A stretch of DNA of 64,000 bases, taken from the NCBI GenBank assembly GCA_965217895.1, contig CBDCJV010000002.1, forward strand, positions 128,001-192,000, read 5' to 3'. The DNA is from Waterburya sp. (GTDB lineage: Bacteria; Cyanobacteriota; Cyanobacteriia; Cyanobacteriales; Xenococcaceae). The notes beneath the pieces were generated by a model, which was not told where the DNA came from, did not search any database, and worked only from the letters and a program-made list of their open reading frames with translations. The position numbers and the translations under genes were made by a program. Below, one piece after another: positions 9,761 through 19,985 of the stretch; the first letter of the stretch is position 1, and every line of letters starts with the position of its first letter.

Positions 9761-11152
9761 ATGCCACTGTCGGAATTAGAAACTTCAGAAAATACAATAA
9801 ATAATAAAGTTACCGTAGAGTCGAAGCAAAGAGAAAAATCTCAAGGGTTTGCCCCTGTATTGAAAAATAATCGCTTCCTGATTCTTTGGAGTGGTCAAAT
9901 ATTTTCTCAGCTAGCAGACAAAGTTTACTTAGTATTAATGATCGCTATTATTGCTAATCAATTTCAATTGCCCGATCAGCCAATTAGCCAGTGGGTATCC
10001 CCTGTAATGATTGCTTTTACCATCCCTGCGGTTTTGTTTGGCTCTTTTGCGGGGGTATATGTAGATCGCTGGCAGAAAAAGTCAATTTTAGTTATTTCTA
10101 ATCTATTAAGAGGAGTATTAGTACTAGCTCTACCGCCTCTATTAGTCTTATCTCAAGGAAAAACTCTATTTGAAGGCGTTTCTTTAGGATTTGGCTTCAT
10201 GTTAGCTGTTACTTTTGTTGTCTCTACCTTTACGCAATTTTTTGCTCCCGCAGAACAAGCTGTAATTCCTTTAATCGTTAAAAAAAGAAATTTATTGGCA
10301 GCTAACTCCCTCTATACGACGACGATGATGGCGTTGCTAATTATTGGTTTTGCTATTGGAGAGCCATTGTTAAGTATTGCTGATAGTCTAGCTGTTGAGA
10401 TCGGTTTGCCCAGTCGTATAGGTAAAGCACTTTTAGTTGGTGGAGCTTATGCGATTGCTGGTATTATTTTATTGGCACTACAAACGGATGAAAAACCTAA
10501 GTCAGCCGACGAAAAGCAGCCCCGCGTCTGGCAAGATATCAAGGATGGGCTTATATATTTAGAACAAAATAGCACTGTACGCAATGCCCTGATTCAGCTA
10601 GTTATTTTGTTTTCTATTTTTGCTGCTTTGGCAGTTTTAGCGGTTAGCATGGCAGATCAAATTCCTCAGATCAAAGCCGAGGAATTTGGCATCTTGCTGG
10701 CAGCAGCAGGAGTGGGTATGGCTATTAGTTCAGCTATTCTAGGCAGTAAGGGAGAGAATCTCGATCCTACTCTATTAAGTTTAATCGGCTCAATTGGTGT
10801 AGCAGCATCTTTGGTAGGATTGTCTTTTGCTACCCAAAATCTCTGGTTTGCTTTAACGATGATTGCTTTGCTGGGTGCTTTTGCTGCTTTGGTTGGTGTG
10901 CCAATGCAAACTACTATCCAGTCTGAAACCCCAGTATCAATGAGAGGCAAAGTCTTCGGTTTACAAAACAACGCAGTTAATATTGCCCTTTCTTTACCTT
11001 TGGTGTTAGCTACCGAAGCAGAGGCTCGTTTTGGATTACCAGCGGTGATGCTGGGCTTAGGAGCGATCGCCGCCGTGGGCGGGATTTTAACCTGGTACAT
11101 TCTTCAAGAAAGTAAACAATCTTCTTCTCAGCAATCATCAAACAAGGCATAA
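9761..11152 (+). CDS. MFS transporter
   Basis: FLILWSGQIFSQLADK, GVYVDRWQKK and GKVFGLQNN motifs; about 12 TM. Confidence 0.9.
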   Translation: MPLSELETSENTINNKVTVESKQREKSQGFAPVLKNNRFLILWSGQIFSQLADKVYLVLMIAIIANQFQLPDQPISQWVSPVMIAFTIPAVLFGSFAGVYVDRWQKKSILVISNLLRGVLVLALPPLLVLSQGKTLFEGVSLGFGFMLAVTFVVSTFTQFFAPAEQAVIPLIVKKRNLLAANSLYTTTMMALLIIGFAIGEPLLSIADSLAVEIGLPSRIGKALLVGGAYAIAGIILLALQTDEKPKSADEKQPRVWQDIKDGLIYLEQNSTVRNALIQLVILFSIFAALAVLAVSMADQIPQIKAEEFGILLAAAGVGMAISSAILGSKGENLDPTLLSLIGSIGVAASLVGLSFATQNLWFALTMIALLGAFAALVGVPMQTTIQSETPVSMRGKVFGLQNNAVNIALSLPLVLATEAEARFGLPAVMLGLGAIAAVGGILTWYILQESKQSSSQQSSNKA

Positions 11153-11327
11153 ATTGGCTATTAATCATTATTAAAAATTAGAAAAGATTAAAATTTAACA
11201 CTGGAAAGGCTGATTTTTGCAGAATCAGCCAAACCGCACCCCTAATCTGGTAAATTAACTAAAGTTGATCAACAGTAATTAAAAATCAATTATTGATTGT
11301 CGTTGCTTAAAGGAAAAGATCGTTTGA

Positions 11328-12494
11328 ATGCACATCGCTTGGCTGGGAAAAAAATCGCCCTTTTGTGGCAATGTAACCTATGGTCGGGAAATAACTAACT
11401 CACTGTTAGACAGAGACTATAAGGTTAGCTTTCTGCATTTCTCTCAACCTCAGAGTGATTATAAACTTCACTGGGAGCAGCAAACAAATCTTCATGACTC
11501 CTCTAACTGCCATGAAATTCCGCTGCCATTTATTTATAAGTCTCAGGTTTACACTATTCCTACCCTCAAGTCTAGTAAAATCTTGTTGCGATCGCTGCGT
11601 AAACTAAAACCAGATTTAGTCCATGCTTCTTTGACTCTATCTCCTTTGGATTTTTTGCTGCCAGAGATCTGCGAGGAATTAAACATTCCCCTAGTTGCTA
11701 CTTTTCATCCTCCTTTTGACAGCAAAATTCGTAATCTGAAGTCTAGCACCCAATACTTGACTTATCAGCTATACGCCCCCTTTTTGGCTCGCTACGATCG
11801 CGTCATTGTCTTCAGCGAAATTCAGCGAGATCTATTGATTAAACTAGGAGTACCAAGCGATGGCGTGGTTATTATTCCTAATGGCGTTGATGAACGTAAG
11901 TTTTCTCCTGGCTATTCCAGTCTTAAGTATCAGCTAAATGCTAAGAAATTATTTGTTTATCAAGGACGTATTTCTACCGAAAAAAATATTGAATCTCTGC
12001 TCAAAGCTTGGAAATCAGCCGACATGGGAGATGATTGTCAACTACTAATGGTTGGCGATGGTCCAATTAGAGCCTCTCTTCAGCCTCATTATGGCAAAGA
12101 ATACAATATTATCTGGCTCGGCTTTATTGCTGATGAACAACAGCGCATTAATATTTTAAGAGCTGCTGATGTGTTTATTTTACCCTCCTTGGTAGAAGGT
12201 TTATCTATATCTCTCTTAGAAGCTATGTCTTGTGGGGTAGCTTGTCTGGCAACAGATGCAGGGGCAGACGGTGAAGTTTTAGAAGACGGCGCGGGAGTAG
12301 TACTAGATACCCAAGGAGTCGCAGCACAGCTAAAAATTTTGTTACCTTTGTTTCGTAATCATCCCGAAATGACCAGCTTATTAGGCAACAAAGCTCGACA
12401 AAGAGTATTAGAAAAATATACTCTCTATCAAAATATCAACAAGCTAGAACAAATGTATTTAGAAATAGCCAATAAAGAATTTGTTTCAGCGTAA
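11328..12494 (+). CDS. Family 4 glycosyltransferase, possibly the DGDG synthase (DgdA/Ycf82-like)
   Basis: IPNGVD, GR...EKN and EGLSISLLEAM GT4 motifs. The N-terminus MHIAWLGKK.PFCGNVTY is recalled as DgdA-like but was not verified. Confidence 0.8.
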   Translation: MHIAWLGKKSPFCGNVTYGREITNSLLDRDYKVSFLHFSQPQSDYKLHWEQQTNLHDSSNCHEIPLPFIYKSQVYTIPTLKSSKILLRSLRKLKPDLVHASLTLSPLDFLLPEICEELNIPLVATFHPPFDSKIRNLKSSTQYLTYQLYAPFLARYDRVIVFSEIQRDLLIKLGVPSDGVVIIPNGVDERKFSPGYSSLKYQLNAKKLFVYQGRISTEKNIESLLKAWKSADMGDDCQLLMVGDGPIRASLQPHYGKEYNIIWLGFIADEQQRINILRAADVFILPSLVEGLSISLLEAMSCGVACLATDAGADGEVLEDGAGVVLDTQGVAAQLKILLPLFRNHPEMTSLLGNKARQRVLEKYTLYQNINKLEQMYLEIANKEFVSA

Positions 12495-12596
12495 ACATAT
12501 AAGTTTATCGTTTGTAGTAGGTAGTTTGTAGTAAGGAAAAAACTATCTACTATCTGCTTTTCTAATTCGATAATTATTGGCTATCATTAAGATCAG

Positions 12597-12671
12597 ATCG
12601 TTCATCTTTCTCCGCTCGTATGGAAAAAGACGGAAGTAAGGAATAACTCAAGCATCCTGAAGGAACGCACC
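12597..12671 (+). ncRNA. Glutamine riboswitch (glnA RNA motif)
   Basis: ATCGTTCATC...GACGGAAGTAAGGA...TCCTGAAGGAACGCACC fits the glnA-motif consensus and lies directly upstream of a DUF4278 gene. Confidence 0.85.
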
Positions 12672-12693
12672 TCACAAAAATACAGCAACAGAG

Positions 12694-13062
12694 GTGACAT
12701 CCATGAAGCTAACTTATCGGGGAGTGCCATACAACGAAGAGCATCATACCCTTTCCGCACCAGCAGTGATTGAAAACAGAGAGATTATCTATCGAGGAAA
12801 TTCTCTTGGCGCGAGAATCAATCCTAAATTTCCCTGGCTGAACTATATCAAACAGCTATTTCAGAAGTCTGAATTAAGAGTTTTCGATCCAATTACATTT
12901 TGGTATAACCATAAAAGAGAATTTATTCAAGATTGCTGGAGTTTGGATCAGATAGAAAAACTCGATCGCGCTTGGAATTTGACTTTACAAATCGAAAGAA
13001 GCAAAGCGTTGAAGCAGCAAAAAACTAAATTAAAATATCGCGGTGTAACTTATTATAAATAA
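12694..13062 (+). CDS. DUF4278 domain protein (probable start ATG 12703)
   Basis: MKLTYRGVPY at the N-terminus and LKYRGVTY at the C-terminus. Confidence 0.8.
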   Translation: MTSMKLTYRGVPYNEEHHTLSAPAVIENREIIYRGNSLGARINPKFPWLNYIKQLFQKSELRVFDPITFWYNHKREFIQDCWSLDQIEKLDRAWNLTLQIERSKALKQQKTKLKYRGVTYYK

Positions 13063-13174
13063 GTTATCGCGATCGCTGTAACAATTAGTCATTCAAAATG
13101 CTTGACGAGCGATCGTGACTCACCAACAGTTGCATCATAGATGCTATTTTACAACTCAGAGGTAGGAAAATTAT

Positions 13175-13480
13175 TTCACAAGTAGCAGATAGCAAGTAGC
13201 GCAGCCTGGAGGCTGCCGACGTTGCTCCGCAACGGCGAGACGCGCTTCGCGTCTGCAAGTTCAACCTCTGCCTAAAGTCAGACAAAGGGCTTGCCCGCAT
13301 GTATTCAATTCTTGAATTATTCTTTTATCTTTTCCTCATGAATAAGGAGGCTTTAGACCAACTTCGGAGTTTTCTTAATTGCTATCTGCGCGAACTGGAG
13401 TTCGCCGACTGCACTTTGTGCAGGCGAGCCGCTCCACGCGGCTTCTACTTGCTACTTTAACTCCGAAGGAGTTGGTAAGC
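13175..13480. mobile_element. MITE-like composite repeat with AGCAAGT/TGCTACT heptamers and two 56-nt hairpin inserts
   Basis: Homologous in reverse orientation to 61695-62000. Shared segments include TTCACAAGTAGC, AGGCTTTA.ACCAACTTCGGAG and CTCCGAAGGAG.TGGTAAGC. Confidence 0.7.
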
Positions 13481-13515
13481 AGATGGACGAATGGTAACTT
13501 TCTTAAGCTTAAGTA

Positions 13516-15222
13516 ATGGTCAAAATCATCAAACAAACAGCATCAATGCAAACTAGGGACAGAGTAAGACTAGATGCAGATATCTATCGTCCTGATACTG
13601 ATGAAGAATTGCCGATACTGTTAATGCGTCAGCCCTATGGGAAAGAAATTGCCTCGACGGTAGTTTATGCCCATCCCCGTTGGTATGCAGCCCAAGGTTA
13701 TATAGTGGTTATCCAAGATGTGCGGGGTAGAGGAACATCTGAGGGTGAGTTCGATCTGTTTTCCTATGAAGTTGCTGATGGCTTAGATACGATTAAGTGG
13801 GTGTCGCAGTTACCAAACAGTACAGCTAAAGTAGGAATGTATGGTTTTTCCTATCAGGGGATGACGCAACTATATACGGCGGTGCATCAGCCAGAGTGTT
13901 TAAAAGCGATCGCACCTGCTATGGTAGCTTACGATCTTTATACTGATTGGGCTTATGAAAACGGAGCATTTTGTTTGTATGCTAATTTAGCCTGGGCAAT
14001 TCAGCTAGCGGGAGAAACTGCACGTTTAAAAGGAGATGAAGCAGCATATTTAGAATTACGCGCTGCTGCGGATAACTTGCCGTTAAATGGCTCGATTCCC
14101 GTCAATCCTGAACTGATGCAGAGGCTAGCCCCCGATTCTTTTTATCATCAGTGGTTAAATAACTCCGATTCCACGGCAGAATATTGGCAAAGGCGATCGC
14201 CTAAATACCTTCTAGAAAATGTTAACATTCCGATGCTGCACGTTGGCGGTTGGTTCGATCCTTACCTACGGGGTACATTAAATCTGTATCAAGCCATGGC
14301 AGCTAAGGGTAAACAACCACAGCATCTTTTAATTGGACCTTGGGCGCATCTTCCCTGGGGAAGAAAACTAGGGGCGATAGATTACGGCATCCAAGCTCAA
14401 AATCCGATTGATGAAATTCAGATACGCTGGTTTGACCATTGGCTTAAAGGCAAAGACACAGGGCTATTAGAAGAGTCACCTATTTCTTTATTTGAAATGG
14501 GTAGTAATCAATGGCGCGAATTCGATCATTTTCCTAATAGCTTGAAAATTTATTACTTAGCTAGCGATGGTTTAGCAAGTATGCGAGAAGACAGCGGAAT
14601 GCTTTGGGAATATGAAGAAGCGGTCACAGAATCTACTTCTCTCAGTGGATTATTAGAAACTAACTTAAGCGAACAAGTGACAGAATTTACTAATAATACC
14701 GATATTTTGGTTCACGATCCTTGGCGACCAGTACCCGCATTGGGAGGACACGCTAGTTTTCCTAGTGGCTCTTTTGAGCGTTCTGGTCTGGACTGTCGTT
14801 CAGATATTCTTACCTATACTTCTGCACCCTTAGAGGCAGATCTACATATTGCAGGAGCAATAACTGTAGAAATTTACTGTACCATAGAACATCCCAGTTT
14901 CGATCTGTGTGCAGTACTATCAACAGTTCATGCTGATGGTAGGGTATTTAATTTTACCCAGGGTTATCTTCGAGTAACTTCTTGCGCTCGAGATACAAAT
15001 ATAGTTTCTATTCCTCTTCAGGCTACCTGTATGTTCATTAACCAAGCTCAAAGCATACGCTTAAGCCTCAGTGCTGCCTGTTTTCCTGCCTATCCTGTTA
15101 ATCCTGGCACGGGTAAGCTTCCCCATGAATCTCGCTTGATAGATATGCAGATAATTACCCTATCAATTCATTCTGGTGTTGATTATCCATCCCAAATTAA
15201 ATTATCGGTTGCTAATCCTTAA
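13516..15222 (+). CDS. CocE/NonD family hydrolase
   Basis: R.PYGK, QDVRGRG.SEG, G.SY.G nucleophile, GGWFD and GPW.H motifs. Confidence 0.92.
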   Translation: MVKIIKQTASMQTRDRVRLDADIYRPDTDEELPILLMRQPYGKEIASTVVYAHPRWYAAQGYIVVIQDVRGRGTSEGEFDLFSYEVADGLDTIKWVSQLPNSTAKVGMYGFSYQGMTQLYTAVHQPECLKAIAPAMVAYDLYTDWAYENGAFCLYANLAWAIQLAGETARLKGDEAAYLELRAAADNLPLNGSIPVNPELMQRLAPDSFYHQWLNNSDSTAEYWQRRSPKYLLENVNIPMLHVGGWFDPYLRGTLNLYQAMAAKGKQPQHLLIGPWAHLPWGRKLGAIDYGIQAQNPIDEIQIRWFDHWLKGKDTGLLEESPISLFEMGSNQWREFDHFPNSLKIYYLASDGLASMREDSGMLWEYEEAVTESTSLSGLLETNLSEQVTEFTNNTDILVHDPWRPVPALGGHASFPSGSFERSGLDCRSDILTYTSAPLEADLHIAGAITVEIYCTIEHPSFDLCAVLSTVHADGRVFNFTQGYLRVTSCARDTNIVSIPLQATCMFINQAQSIRLSLSAACFPAYPVNPGTGKLPHESRLIDMQIITLSIHSGVDYPSQIKLSVANP

Positions 15223-15271
15223 AGCCAAATTAAGCTTTTTCTTGACTATGATAGGCAGGAAAAATTACACT

Positions 15272-16009
15272 TTAACTATTAGGAAACTCTTGAACTGTAG
15301 TGCGAGCAGCCATAGTCATTTTTCCTTGACGTATATCAAGTCGATCTATGTGTAAAGTCATTTTACCAAGTTCAAAATTGCGTAGATCTAATAGTTCTTC
15401 GGTGCTACGCAACAAAGCATCTGTTAATTGAGAATCTGTGTTTTCACCATCAGGATACTCCACGTCTTCGATAACAATCTTATTACCCTGCTCATCTATA
15501 GTTGGTTTGGCTAAAAGAGCAATCTGTTTTGTTTGCTGCGACTCGACTATTTCAAGTTCTGCCTTGAGGCTAATTTTTCCTTCTCCTGGTAAAGCAAACC
15601 TCACGTTGCTAGCGTTGACGGTAACTGTTTCACCGTCTAATTTTACTTTTTGATTCTTAAGCTTACCTTTAATATATTCAGAATTAAACGCCTGCTGTAA
15701 ATCGGATTCTAACAAAACTATTTTAGTTTCAGCATTGGTGGAAGTCTCTAACTTAATCTTGCCGAGGGCAGCTTTAAGAGGATCGATATCTATACTGTCG
15801 GTTTGTAAAATTACTCTCTCTGCTCTTAGCTCTTTTTTCATCACCATACCTTTGCCGTCGATGATGACAGATTCTAGCTTTCCTTGAGGTAAATCTAGGG
15901 CATCTGCTCTTATATCTACATCCAATTTGTCTACTTTGTCTAGCTGACTTTCTAAGCCAATTTCTACTGCCTTACTAAGTGCTTGTTCGCCAAGGTCTGG
16001 TGCGCTCAC
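15272..16009 (-). CDS. DUF2993 (LmeA-like) protein
   Basis: LGEQALSKA.E.GL.SQLD N-terminus typical of cyanobacterial DUF2993. Confidence 0.7.
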   Translation of the reverse strand: MSAPDLGEQALSKAVEIGLESQLDKVDKLDVDIRADALDLPQGKLESVIIDGKGMVMKKELRAERVILQTDSIDIDPLKAALGKIKLETSTNAETKIVLLESDLQQAFNSEYIKGKLKNQKVKLDGETVTVNASNVRFALPGEGKISLKAELEIVESQQTKQIALLAKPTIDEQGNKIVIEDVEYPDGENTDSQLTDALLRSTEELLDLRNFELGKMTLHIDRLDIRQGKMTMAARTTVQEFPNS

Positions 16010-16205
16010 TAACTTTTTTTTCCCTTTAAATATTGCGGTTGTCTATATTATTTAAAATCAATTATATAAATTAAATATCTTCCCAAAGTAATAACTTGAA
16101 TTAATTAATAAATTTATCTTAATTATGCCAAAAATTAAAGACTACTAGCAATTAGCTAATAGCCTTAAAATTATAAAATAATCTAGTAATTAAACGGTCG
16201 TCAAT

Positions 16206-16688
16206 TTAGACTCCTGCACCAGATTTTGGTTCTGCACCAGCATTAATCACTGCATCTCTTAAGAAAGTAATTTGCTGTTCAAATTCCATTTGTTCTGTTT
16301 GAGACAGTAATTGTGTCACGCTACCAGCAGGTTTGTAATCGTCAGGTACAGGAATAATAGTTCCAGCCTCCATTCCTTGAGCCAAACGATACCAGAAATA
16401 TAGCTTAGTATTTTCGCTCAAAGAGCCATATTCACGAGAAACTAAGCTGTCTTGTCCTTCAATAATCTTACGCTGTTCTTCTAACTGTTCTTCTTGAGAT
16501 AATTCTTTTACCTGATTGAATAATCCTTCAGCAATCTCGTCTGCTGCTGCTCCTGGTGCTGCGGGAGTTACAGATTCGCCCATTTTAGTATAAACATACC
16601 AAAGTAAAGCTAATTTTTCGTCCGTGGATAAGCTATTGTAGCTGTTTAATGCTTGGGTGACGTTTTGATCTGAAGCTGCTGTAGCCAT
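16206..16688 (-). CDS. Helical carotenoid protein (OCP N-terminal domain homolog)
   Basis: LALLW..Y..MG..VTPAAPGAA, TKL.FWY.LA and QQITFLR motifs. Confidence 0.9.
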   Translation of the reverse strand: MATAASDQNVTQALNSYNSLSTDEKLALLWYVYTKMGESVTPAAPGAAADEIAEGLFNQVKELSQEEQLEEQRKIIEGQDSLVSREYGSLSENTKLYFWYRLAQGMEAGTIIPVPDDYKPAGSVTQLLSQTEQMEFEQQITFLRDAVINAGAEPKSGAGV

Positions 16689-16929
16689 ATTATTTATTTG
16701 TCTCCAAAACTATATTGGTTAAGCTTTTATTGCTTTAAAATACTCAAAGCCATTAGTTACAGGCTATAAATTTTCTAACCAAAAGATAACTGTACAAAGA
16801 CAGATAAATATTTAAAATAAGTTTTAACCACAGATAGATGTGGTAACACTCAATGGCTATCAACTTTCTAAACTACAGCGAAAAAGATAGTAAATTAAAA
16901 TTTTAGATTATTATGGAGCAATGTTAATG

Positions 16930-17352
16930 TTACTCGTCTTGCTTTTTTGACTGCAAACCTAATAATTCTTGTGGTGAGGCTAGTAACTTGATCTGCACTT
17001 GAGTAATTTGCTGCTGAGTGTTTAAGCTAAAGTGCCAGGCTACATTGACGCTAAACAAGGGCGTTTTAACTTTTCCTCTTACCTTTATTTGTTCTAGCTC
17101 GTCTTTAGTTATTTTTTCTGCTTGTTTTGGAAGTAGCTGCATTCCTTTAGCTTCTTTGGTTAGATAAGATGCGATCGCGCTTTTACCAGTAATAGGCTTT
17201 TCAAAGGGTGCTAGTAGTTTTCCTGCTTCTGCAAATAGTTCAGCAGTTAATTCAAACTCTTCTCTATTGATAGTTGAAAAATAATCAACAATAGCTGATT
17301 CTTCTATTCCCTCAATGGTTAAAGGTTGCTCTTTTGTATCTGTATAACTCAT
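16930..17352 (-). CDS. OCP C-terminal domain homolog (CTDH, NTF2-like)
   Basis: IEGI.E..I..YF, PFEKPI.G..AI..YL..EA, GKVKTP.F.VNVAW.F and LLASPQELL motifs. Confidence 0.85.
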   Translation of the reverse strand: MSYTDTKEQPLTIEGIEESAIVDYFSTINREEFELTAELFAEAGKLLAPFEKPITGKSAIASYLTKEAKGMQLLPKQAEKITKDELEQIKVRGKVKTPLFSVNVAWHFSLNTQQQITQVQIKLLASPQELLGLQSKKQDE

Positions 17353-17353
17353 G

Positions 17354-17465
17354 TAAGTGGGTAGGTGTAATTAAATATAAAATGGATTTGATAGAGGTCA
17401 GAGGTCAGAAGTCAGGGCAAAAAGTTAATATTGGTATCTTATAAATGATTTCGCCCACCTACTTA
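17354..17465. mobile_element. MITE with TA-bounded ends (IS630-like) containing GAGGTCA heptamers
   Basis: TAAGTGGGTAGGTG ... CGCCCACCTACTTA imperfect terminal inverted repeats. Confidence 0.6.
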
Positions 17466-17496
17466 GTTGATAAATATAGTTTCTCTAGTTAGAGAC

Positions 17497-17720
17497 GGCA
17501 TTGTTGCACGAGTATTGTTACCAAGCAGCGTCAGATGCGGAAGTGTGCCTTGGTCGCCATCAGTACCAAATTCGGCGACTGGTCTGAGTATAACGCAGGA
17601 TTAAAACAGAGGGGAAGCCTGAAATTTTGGTTGAATGAAGATGCTTTGGAAAAATGGTTGCCTAAAATCAAAACGGGTAGAGAAGCTTTATCTTAAACCT
17701 ATAGCGACATCGCGATCGCA
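17497..17720 (+). mobile_element. IS5-family (IS903-like) left-end remnant
   Basis: GGCATTGTTGCA end, then a degenerate YQI..WSEYNAGLKQRGSLKFWLNEDALEKW...TYSDIAIA that stops at HIP1 17712-17719. Confidence 0.75.
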
Positions 17721-17825
17721 ATTTTAACAAAAGTCATGGCGATTGATGGCAGACGAAAAAGGATATAGTTGCCATCACCAGAGTTACGTTATCTTAGTAA
17801 GTAATAAAATTATAATCATTAGGAA

Positions 17826-19601
17826 GTGGCAATGAAAAGATTAATGCTGCTGTGCCTATTTGTTTTTGGAATTGGATTTGCCCTATTCAATTTTAAAGGA
17901 CTGGCACAATCAGGAGAATTTGACTCCATTATTTTAGATTTTAAAGAAGACGTGCCGATCGCCAAAGTTAGTGAAGAGATTCAAGGACTTTCTCAGAAAT
18001 ACAATCAACAGGTTCATTTAAATAGTGTCTTTTCAATTAGCGATCGCATTTATATAGTCAAGGGAGATAAACAAACTCTTAAAGAATTAAAGCGATCGCC
18101 CATTAGCAAAGATACTGAATATATTGAAGCTAATTATCAATATAAAGCTTTTGAAGCTCCTAACGACCCTGAATATAGTAAACAGTGGAATTTCCGCAAC
18201 ATTAATATTGAAAAAGCTTGGGATGAAAGCAAAGGAGAAGGTATCACCGTCGCTGTCATCGATACAGGAGTAAGTAAAGTACCTGATTTAAAACTGACTA
18301 AGTTTGTCAAAGGCTACGATTTTGTTAACGACAAAGAAAATGCTGATGATGATAATGGACATGGTACTCATGTAGCAGGAACTATTGCCCAATCGACCAA
18401 CAATGGTTATGGAGTGGCGGGAATTGCCTATCAGTCAAGCATCATGCCTTTGAAGGTTCTCTCTGGTAGTGGCGGAGGAACAATTGCCGATATCGCCGAA
18501 TCGATTAAATTTGCTGCGGACAATAGTGCAGATGTAATTAATATGAGTCTGGGCGGTGGCGGAGCTAGTACCATGATGGAAGAAGCGATTAAGTACGCCC
18601 ACGGTAAAGGGGTTGTTATTGTCGCTGCTGCGGGTAATGAAGGTCGTAATACTGCTGCTTATCCTGCCCGCTATCCTGATGTAATTAGCGTCTCTGCCAT
18701 CGATGCTGCGGGAGATAAAGCATCTTACTCTAACTTTGGTGCTGGGGTTGATATTTCTGCTCCTGGAGGCAGTGAGACGGGTAAAATTATTCAAAATACG
18801 GTCGATCCTAGCAGTGGGGAATCAGTATTTGTTGGTTTTCAGGGAACTAGTATGGCTGCTCCTCATGTAGCTGGGGTAGCTGCCTTGATTAAAGCCACTG
18901 GCGTAGAAGATCCTACAGAAGTGTCAGATATTCTTAAGCAGTCTTCTCGTAAGATCCAAGAAGACCATCTTAATCATTTTGGTGCGGGAAATCTTGATGC
19001 AGGTGCAGCAGTTCAATTGGCTCTTAAAGGCAAGATTACCTTTAATGATTTCTTCCGTTGGCTACGTAAGAGCGGTTATCTTAACATTGGTTTCTGGATC
19101 GATGGTGGAGCAGTGGCTCTGTTGCCTAAAATAGGCATGGTGATTGGTTCATATTTATTAGCTTGGTTTTTACGTAACTATTTACCTGCTACCTTGGCTC
19201 TCAACAGTGGTTTGATTTTTGGTAGCTCTGGGCTATTTTTCCTCCAGGGATTATACATCTTCGATCTTCCTCAATGGCCAATGCGCTTGTTTGGGAGTTC
19301 TTTACCCGAACTTGGTAATGTAGTATTAGGTAATTCTAACCTCAATCCCCTGTTTGCCAGTGCTTTGATTCCCTTCGTTTTAATTATCTTTTTGCTGGGC
19401 AATTCTAGCTGGAAATGGTTTGCGGTCGGTTCGAGTATTGGTGTTGCTGCCTGCTTGGGTGTCAGTGCTGTGGTCGATCCTGGTATCTGGCTTTTGGGCA
19501 GTGGCGCGATCGCCCGTACTTATCTAATAGTCAATGCTTTTCTCTGTCTTGGTTTGGCATATTTAGCTTGTCAAAAAGAACGTCGAACGGCAAGGGTTTA
19601 A
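17826..19601 (+). CDS. S8 subtilisin-family peptidase with a membrane C-terminal region
   Basis: VAVIDTG, HGTHVAG and GTSMAAPHVAG catalytic triad; hydrophobic C-terminus. Confidence 0.93.
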   Translation: MAMKRLMLLCLFVFGIGFALFNFKGLAQSGEFDSIILDFKEDVPIAKVSEEIQGLSQKYNQQVHLNSVFSISDRIYIVKGDKQTLKELKRSPISKDTEYIEANYQYKAFEAPNDPEYSKQWNFRNINIEKAWDESKGEGITVAVIDTGVSKVPDLKLTKFVKGYDFVNDKENADDDNGHGTHVAGTIAQSTNNGYGVAGIAYQSSIMPLKVLSGSGGGTIADIAESIKFAADNSADVINMSLGGGGASTMMEEAIKYAHGKGVVIVAAAGNEGRNTAAYPARYPDVISVSAIDAAGDKASYSNFGAGVDISAPGGSETGKIIQNTVDPSSGESVFVGFQGTSMAAPHVAGVAALIKATGVEDPTEVSDILKQSSRKIQEDHLNHFGAGNLDAGAAVQLALKGKITFNDFFRWLRKSGYLNIGFWIDGGAVALLPKIGMVIGSYLLAWFLRNYLPATLALNSGLIFGSSGLFFLQGLYIFDLPQWPMRLFGSSLPELGNVVLGNSNLNPLFASALIPFVLIIFLLGNSSWKWFAVGSSIGVAACLGVSAVVDPGIWLLGSGAIARTYLIVNAFLCLGLAYLACQKERRTARV

Positions 19602-19722
19602 AGAGATAAGAAATGAGAAAAGTTGATTTCTTCTCTCCTTAATCTATTAAATATTACAGGTACTGAGTTCTAAGTTGCTAAGATAATTTGGAACTCAGTT
19701 TTTTATTGATGAGATAGCCACC

Positions 19723-19938
19723 ATGAAAGTGATAGGAACAATCGAGAAAAAGGGCTTTGGCTTTGGTGTTTGGGCGTTAGTGACCGATGATGGCACAACC
19801 TATCAACTAAAAGACCCCGTAGCAGAATTACAAAAAGAAGGGATAAAGGTAGAAATACAAGGGAAAATCCGCAAAGACATTATGACTACCGCTATGATCG
19901 GTGCTGTCTTAGAGGTTGAATCTTATATGGTGCTTTAG
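19723..19938 (+). CDS. Small hypothetical protein
   Basis: 71-aa ORF with a plausible RBS and beta-rich composition. Confidence 0.65.
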   Translation: MKVIGTIEKKGFGFGVWALVTDDGTTYQLKDPVAELQKEGIKVEIQGKIRKDIMTTAMIGAVLEVESYMVL

Positions 19939-19985
19939 ATTAACGCTACTTTCAGATTAAGATAATTAGATGGTTAAGATAGGTA

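Noticed and set aside
13085..13300. 71-aa ORF, and similar ORFs at 57078-57428 and 61660-61915
   Set aside because: They lie over GC-rich nested repeats and have R/A/S-rich junk composition, so they are likely spurious.
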